A DNA stretch of 32,000 nucleotides from Candidatus Hermodarchaeota archaeon (lineage in GTDB: Archaea > Asgardarchaeota > Heimdallarchaeia > Hodarchaeales > Hodarchaeaceae), in NCBI GenBank assembly GCA_048886185.1, contig JBHLKY010000007.1:90001-122000 (forward strand), written 5' to 3'. The notes below the pieces were generated by a model. That model was not told the DNA's origin and ran no database searches. It worked only from the letters and a program-made list of their open reading frames with translations. Both the position numbers and the translations under genes were made by a program. This document shows, one piece after another, positions 26,313-32,000 of this stretch. Position 1 is the stretch's first letter. Each line of letters starts with the position of its first letter.

Positions 26313-27995
26313 TTGTTTACATGGGTAACCATTGCTTCAATAATAGCTTTTGTCATAAGCGTGTTTTTATGGATTTATGATGATAAAGGGGAGAAGATTC
26401 CTATAAAAATAATCATGCCTGTAATGGCTTTAACTGCAATTACTGCCTTGTTCAGTCTGTTATTTATCGCTTCTCCTAGTACTTTTACTCATTCTGACGT
26501 ACAAATAATGATTGTCCTATTTTTCACTGTTGTTTTTACCTTTCTTACATTAGCAGAAGAGGAAAAACTTCGGGTAATTCTTTTCGGCAGTGCCCTCGCT
26601 GTTATGCTGATGATTATATTTCTCAACCAATTATTACCTTTAGAGTACTTAAGAAGGCTTACTGATGAACAATTACATAGTATAACTGCGGAGTATTTAT
26701 CAGAGGAAATTGGTAGAAAGCTCCCTCTCACTCTAGAACAGCTCATTGAACTTGCTGAGGCTCCAGATCTCTTTTTTGAAGTTGCTTTATTTGGTTCATT
26801 TATTGAATGGGAAGTTATTTCTATCGTTTTTGGGATGAGTTTGCTTGTTGCAGTGCTTTCAGACACTGGTCTCTTTGATATGGTTTCCATTCGTACAATT
26901 AAAGCTTCTCAAGGAACACCCAGGAGGCTTTTAGTATTGGTTTTTTTCCTCACACTAATATTATCAGCCTTATTAGATAATACAACAGCTATTATCCTGC
27001 TTAGTAGTATTACTATCACAGTCACGCGGGGATTGGATCTAAATCCAAAACCCTATATTTTAGCAGAGGTTGCAGCTACAGTAATGGCTGGAATAATAAC
27101 AGTTATAGGTTCTTTACCAGGTATTCTGATTGCCAGTAAGAAAGCAGGTGATATACCATTCATGACATTTACTATTGTTAATTCTGTATTTATTGGGGTA
27201 GCAGTTATGATATCGATCGGATATATCTTTATGGTCTTTAAAAATGAGTTATCTGTCACAGAAGATATGAGAATCGACCCAACAGTGGTGAGTTTTTTGG
27301 ATGAGTGGTCTGTGGTGGACTCAAGGAGAAAATTGTACCTTGGATCAATAGTTTTAGGTGTAGTTATCTTTGGATTGGTACTATCAAGTAACATTGGATT
27401 ATCAGTAGGATTTGTAGCAATAACTGGAGCCATACTTGCAATCATCGTCACAAGAGCCGATATTGATAGCGTTATCCATGAAATTGAACTTGATTCAATA
27501 TTATTTTTCATTGGATTGTTTGTATTGGTTGGTGCCTTACAAATATCAGGTGTTCTTGAGGTTTTAGCTGAAATTATGCTTGAAATATCTGGAGGTGATC
27601 CTCTTGTACTTACAATTATTATTATAACAGCTATTTCTATTTTAAGCGCAGTTGTAGCAAATATCCCCATAACAATTGCTTTAGCAGAGGTTATTCGAAT
27701 CCTTCTTACTGATCCAGAATTCGCTGGACAAGCTGTTTTTGGATTTCCTGTAGAAGGTTTATTATGGTTTACTTTACTATATGCTGTAACTTTTGGTGGT
27801 GGATTTACTCCATTTGGAACTGTTACAGGAGTTATAGGTGTTCAAGTCCTACAGCAGGAGGGTCATCCAGTAACATTTATGAACTATGTAAAGAAAATGG
27901 CTCCATTGAGTGTAATACTTCTAGTTCTAGGTTTTCTCTATTTGTTAATTCTCCAATTAACAGGAATTTTACCATTATTATTAGGCTTATTATAA
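26313..27995 (+). CDS. ArsB/NhaD (IT superfamily; SLC13/P-protein-like) permease
   Basis: About 14 hydrophobic segments; IEWEVISIVFGM, LSALLDNTTA, LFFIGLFVLVGAL, SAVVANIP and GGGFTPFG. Confidence 0.9.
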   Translation: MFTWVTIASIIAFVISVFLWIYDDKGEKIPIKIIMPVMALTAITALFSLLFIASPSTFTHSDVQIMIVLFFTVVFTFLTLAEEEKLRVILFGSALAVMLMIIFLNQLLPLEYLRRLTDEQLHSITAEYLSEEIGRKLPLTLEQLIELAEAPDLFFEVALFGSFIEWEVISIVFGMSLLVAVLSDTGLFDMVSIRTIKASQGTPRRLLVLVFFLTLILSALLDNTTAIILLSSITITVTRGLDLNPKPYILAEVAATVMAGIITVIGSLPGILIASKKAGDIPFMTFTIVNSVFIGVAVMISIGYIFMVFKNELSVTEDMRIDPTVVSFLDEWSVVDSRRKLYLGSIVLGVVIFGLVLSSNIGLSVGFVAITGAILAIIVTRADIDSVIHEIELDSILFFIGLFVLVGALQISGVLEVLAEIMLEISGGDPLVLTIIIITAISILSAVVANIPITIALAEVIRILLTDPEFAGQAVFGFPVEGLLWFTLLYAVTFGGGFTPFGTVTGVIGVQVLQQEGHPVTFMNYVKKMAPLSVILLVLGFLYLLILQLTGILPLLLGLL

Positions 27996-28226
27996 GATAA
28001 CTGATATTATTAACAACAAAAACTCTTCATTGATTATTCTCCGAAAATAAACGAAAAACGTATAGACCAAGCTACCAATCCCTTAAGCCATCTGATCGGT
28101 TCGTTTAATTTCCACAAAGACAAAAAGGACGAGAAGAGCTAAAGCCCTTGTACAATGAGTGAGAGTCAAGAGGCATTATTTTAGATGGCATGAGAACTCC
28201 TTCTTTTGGTTATCTGCTGAAAGATT

Positions 28227-28499
28227 TTAGGAAAAATCGCCATCTCTCCGCTCACCTCTTCTTCCTTCAGTAGGAATATAATAAACTTGTAAAAGCCAAG
28301 TAACGAGGTAAGCGATAAGCAGAAAATATACAACTGCAACAATAGCTTGGATAATGTCTTGAAGTATCATGAGTAGGGGAGGAAGAAACCCAAAGAGTAC
28401 ACTACTAACAAAGAGAATAACCAAAACGAGTCCAGAAAGAAGGAAAAGCCCCTTTTTGGTAAGAAGTCCTTTCCATTTTGAGATTTTGAGATCTCGCAT
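28227..28499 (-). CDS. small membrane protein (hypothetical)
   Basis: ATG, basic N-terminus, two hydrophobic helices and a charged tail; no family recognised. Confidence 0.55.
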   Translation of the reverse strand: MRDLKISKWKGLLTKKGLFLLSGLVLVILFVSSVLFGFLPPLLMILQDIIQAIVAVVYFLLIAYLVTWLLQVYYIPTEGRRGERRDGDFS

Positions 28500-28726
28500 T
28501 TTTTCCCTATTTAAGACAGACCCTTGACTAATAAAAAGCTATCGAATGGTAAACTCAATTTTAGGAAAAATCTCACTTTCCATAATTTCTGAGAGAAATG
28601 AACCTGGGTGTGATTAGTGGGAATATAATTCGCCAAATCAAAGATTTTGGGAAAAATGAAATACAATTTATAAAGGTAATTAGGGAGATCTACATCAAGC
28701 TCTTGTACGATTAGTGGTTTAAGACG

Positions 28727-29281
28727 TTGAAGGATAAAGTAAGAAAATTTTTGCAGAGAAGAATAGGGAAAGAAGCTAGAGAGAAGCTTTTTGCGAATTC
28801 GAATGTTGAGGATAATTCTGTCCCAAGACTCTGGCAGTGGATTGAGGAATGTTTTAGAGAACTGGAGTTAGGGGAACACGCAGACAGAGCGAAAGAGATT
28901 GACAAGTTTACAATGGAACTATTTGGCGCCCATACTCAAACCAAGCGGTGGATAGAGGATTTTGAGACAGTAACACAAGTGCGAAATCTGGGAACCATTT
29001 ACAATCTGATAAGGGAATGTAATTATTCTGTTCCGTGTTGTACGGAAAATGTATTGAACATACGAAGAAAATTTTTTCAATTGCATCGGCCAACAAAGCT
29101 TAGGTTTTATTGTATGCAAGGCCCCTGTCCTTTGTACGAATCCAAGACACAGTATTGTAATCATCACAAAAGCTTGTACATGGAGATCTTTCACTATTTA
29201 GAACGAAATTTACCCTGGAAGTATTACGAGGACGGGGAAGGCGTATTAGTTGCAAATAATACAGAATGGTTTGATGCCTGA
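28727..29281 (+). CDS. Cys-rich hypothetical protein (possibly V4R/ATC-hydrolase-like ligand-binding fold)
   Basis: 184-aa ORF with 7 Cys, including FYCMQGPCP...YCNHH. The fold assignment is a guess. Confidence 0.7.
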   Translation: MKDKVRKFLQRRIGKEAREKLFANSNVEDNSVPRLWQWIEECFRELELGEHADRAKEIDKFTMELFGAHTQTKRWIEDFETVTQVRNLGTIYNLIRECNYSVPCCTENVLNIRRKFFQLHRPTKLRFYCMQGPCPLYESKTQYCNHHKSLYMEIFHYLERNLPWKYYEDGEGVLVANNTEWFDA

Positions 29282-29783
29282 ACCGATTTTCATCTGAGGA
29301 AGGAGCCAACTCCAGGGGAGAGTAATAACCAATTAAACATGGTAAGTTCTGACGAAAGATGTCGGGAAAAATCTTAATTACCACACAGTTAGCCCTTGTG
29401 ATTAGAGCTGCTATATTAGTGTTTGGAAAACTCTTGATGAATGGATCACTACTAATAATTGCGAAAGAACCAGCATTGGTTCTGTAGTGATCACTCAGGC
29501 TGACTTGAATCCTCCTGATAAAAGCTGAAACATAGTACCTAAATTAAAGCTGAATAAAAGAAAGAAACGAGGTAATTGAAAAGAAAGGTATCTTCTCTGT
29601 CTCCGAAAATGGATCATAGCATAAGTCAAGAGAAAAATCTTTCGAAAAAGGAGATAATTAAAACTCAGATATTTCTTTTAGAATATTCCTGATAATAAGA
29701 GTATTTATAGAACAACTAATAACACCTCAGTAACAGACCCAATTAATTTAATATAACTTTTATTCGAATTTGAGGTTTTTTTT

Positions 29784-30419
29784 ATGAATTTTGATCCACG
29801 GACAGTTATTAGTATTCGTATCATTGGTATTTTGGGAATCTTATCTCCTATTATAGCTTATAGTGGTATTATAATTGCCATTTTATTAAATCTGGATTGG
29901 TTTAGTTGGACGGATAGCGCATTGTCTGATTTAGGACATTATGGTAACTTAGGACTCCGAGCATTTATTTTTAACGGTGGATTATTTATTAGTGGTATTT
30001 TCGCTTTAATTTTTTGCCTAGCTTTTTACCATCAAGAAAAAGAAAAGTTTAAGGATGATAAAATCGGGAGATTGCTTATAATTATTGGAATGATTGCGTT
30101 TTTCTTTGCTGTTCTAGCATTAATTGGCATTAGTATTTTTTCAGAAGATTTTGGGGCTATTCATAGGTTTGTATCAGAAGTCTTTTTCACCTGTATTCCC
30201 TTCGCTATGTGGTTTTTTGGAGGTGCATTTTATCGCCAAAAGAAATTGAAAGTTATGGGTTTGTTAGCACTTCTTATTGGCACCATAGCAGGTATAACAT
30301 GGATTTCTTATTTCATTCTCCATTTATTTTCTGGAGTGGCTATCCCTGAGGCTATTTCGTCAATTGCTGTGAGTTTTTGGATTGTTTTACGTGGTGTACA
30401 GTATTACTGGTATGGATAG
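29784..30419 (+). CDS. DUF998-family membrane protein
   Basis: WFSWTDSALSDLG, IFNGGL, GIFSED..IH and PE motifs; about 6 TM helices. Confidence 0.85.
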   Translation: MNFDPRTVISIRIIGILGILSPIIAYSGIIIAILLNLDWFSWTDSALSDLGHYGNLGLRAFIFNGGLFISGIFALIFCLAFYHQEKEKFKDDKIGRLLIIIGMIAFFFAVLALIGISIFSEDFGAIHRFVSEVFFTCIPFAMWFFGGAFYRQKKLKVMGLLALLIGTIAGITWISYFILHLFSGVAIPEAISSIAVSFWIVLRGVQYYWYG

Positions 30420-30615
30420 TCAAAAATCACCATAATATTGCTCATTATGGATCCTTTCAAGGTTTAAAAACTGACAAATAAAAGGAGAAAAATTCATTGT
30501 GTTTATCATGGTTTCTTTTTCCTTCCTCTTGTTATTAGCATAAGCTTTTAGATTATCACACGACAGAAGCATAAATCATCTTGAATTCACGAACTGATAA
30601 TAAGGAGAATCCATT

Positions 30616-32000
30616 TTAATCCTTCTCTATGATTAGTTCATCAGGGAATTTCGTAAAGACAAATAGAGCCACTAACATTGGGATAAAAGCAAAAGCTCCC
30701 ATGAGTAAAATTGGGCCTACTGGGTCATAGATGTAATACGGAATATCTAAGCCAGTTCCAATATAATCAGGATGCGGAATGATGTCAATAACAAATAGAC
30801 CTAGTATGAGTCCTTCTAAAAAGATAGCAACGGCAATAGCTAATTTTTCTGTGAATTCTTGAAACGCATAATACATTGATTCCCTTCTAAGACCTAATCT
30901 TTTCTCCTCCTCATCCACAATATCCCCAACAATGGTTGGTGGAAATATCCATAAACCACCCATTCCGAAACCAATAGTACAGATCATAATGAATGCAATA
31001 AATAGATTCTTGGGGAAGATAAGGAGTAGGAAGCTCAATAGTAAGGGGATTGTGAAAACAATCATAGAAATAATGAATGCTCTTTTCTTGCCCAAATATC
31101 GAGGACTTGAGAGTTTTCCCCAGATAGGAAAACTAATAATCGCTACGACAATCCAGGGTGCTGTTAATACCATTATTTGATCAAGTTCTAGAGCAAGAAC
31201 ACTTACTGCGAAGAATGGCATTACTGCATTTAGAATTCGGAATGAGAACTGCATCCCAATCTGATTAGTCAAGAAGATTTGATAAGCCTTGTTCTGAACA
31301 CTTATCTTCAATGATTCCAATAATGAGACATGGGGTTGTTTCCTAATTTCATCACCAGGTAATTCTTTGATAGGAAGAACGGCAATGATTGTTAAAAAGA
31401 CAATAATTCCTAAAATAGTGCTTGTATTTGAGAATCCAATGTTATCATACATGATTGGAGCAATTACAACACCAACAATATTCGCTAAAATCGCGAAAAT
31501 GTTACCCCAAACTGCTAATGTTACGCGTTCACCTGAGGTAGGAGCAATTTCAGGTAAAAGTGCATAAATGGGAACGAATACAAACGTAAATAGAGCATCA
31601 AAAATAGATATTATAATAAAAAGATATAGTATAAGAAGTAATTCTCCCAACCCATCTGAAAAAAGAGATAGTAGAAATATTGGAGGATTGAAAAGAAGTA
31701 TAAAACTTAAAGTCATAGGTAGAATTCCAACAAGAACGAATGGTCGACGCCGTCCCCATCTTTTCCATCGAGTATTATCAGATAACCAACCCACTAAAGG
31801 ATTCACGAAAGCATCAACTAATCGTCCAACCATTAGAGCAGCCCCTACCAAAGCTCCGATTACCATTGGATGGAGGGAAACGCCAGTCATTCCTTCAGTT
31901 AAATAGAAAAATAGGACAAATCCTAATATTGATGCATTTATTATAGAAATTCCAAAATTAGCTGTGGAATAAAGAAAAATTTCCTGTCTTGTGAGTTTTC
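30616..32000 (-). CDS. MFS transporter, glycoside-pentoside-hexuronide (MelB/MFS_2)-like (N-terminus runs off the window)
   Basis: The frame is open from 31998 (KLTRQEIFLYSTANFG...). Motifs DAFVNPLVGWLSD, RWGRRRPF, YALLPEI and DIVDEEE...RRESMY. Confidence 0.92.
   Translation of the reverse strand, partial: KLTRQEIFLYSTANFGISIINASILGFVLFFYLTEGMTGVSLHPMVIGALVGAALMVGRLVDAFVNPLVGWLSDNTRWKRWGRRRPFVLVGILPMTLSFILLFNPPIFLLSLFSDGLGELLLILYLFIIISIFDALFTFVFVPIYALLPEIAPTSGERVTLAVWGNIFAILANIVGVVIAPIMYDNIGFSNTSTILGIIVFLTIIAVLPIKELPGDEIRKQPHVSLLESLKISVQNKAYQIFLTNQIGMQFSFRILNAVMPFFAVSVLALELDQIMVLTAPWIVVAIISFPIWGKLSSPRYLGKKRAFIISMIVFTIPLLLSFLLLIFPKNLFIAFIMICTIGFGMGGLWIFPPTIVGDIVDEEEKRLGLRRESMYYAFQEFTEKLAIAVAIFLEGLILGLFVIDIIPHPDYIGTGLDIPYYIYDPVGPILLMGAFAFIPMLVALFVFTKFPDELIIEKD

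Noticed and set aside
28227-28499. Third member of the two-helix microprotein family (TKKGLFLLSGL vs TWKKFFLFAGL)
   Set aside because: Similarity is limited to a few residues and lacks the conserved IIW, QA, DI.T.G and G-x3-G positions; probably compositional.
29279-29330. TGA stop of the Cys-rich ORF as possible selenocysteine, with the downstream hairpin as a SECIS
   Set aside because: Read-through adds only ~14 residues with no redox motif, and the hairpin lacks a clear SECIS core.
29290-29375. CTGAGGA...GAAA as a hammerhead ribozyme, or GAAGGAGC as a glycine riboswitch
   Set aside because: The required stems and the UH cleavage site could not be assembled, and the remaining riboswitch consensus is absent.
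1-32000. CRISPR array, rRNA/tRNA genes, intact IS elements or integrase
   Set aside because: I found no regularly spaced repeats, RNA-gene signatures, terminal inverted repeats or DDE/tyrosine recombinase ORFs by inspection.

Overview
AT-rich (roughly one-third GC by eye), gene-dense archaeal window. An Asgard archaeon (Heimdallarchaeia/Hodarchaeales-like) is my inference from GGTGA/GGAGG ribosome-binding sites, TTTATA-type promoters, a long stand-alone TPR protein and a NosD-type surface protein with a C-terminal anchor. Most genes are catabolic: M28, M20 and M20D peptidases/amidohydrolases, an allantoinase/hydantoinase-like enzyme, a hydantoin/allantoin racemase, a PLP group II decarboxylase, an O-methyltransferase, a double hot-dog enoyl-CoA hydratase, an acyl-CoA ligase, SurE, an enolase-superfamily enzyme, MeaB, an ArsB/NhaD permease, DUF998 and an MFS sugar-type transporter. 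There is also a DtxR-family regulator and two Fe-S proteins. I saw no rRNA, tRNA, CRISPR array or intact transposase. The most interesting unexplained items are: (1) a tandem pair of paralogous uncharacterised proteins (9343-10699), each with a ribbon-helix-helix-like segment fused to a small His/Cys-containing repeat domain, with a direct repeat in their promoter; (2) a decayed two-gene toxin-antitoxin-like operon missed by the ORF track (22613-23130); (3) two paralogous ~67-aa two-helix membrane microproteins bracketing that decayed module; (4) an exact 3 x 219-bp super-repeat in the surface protein.
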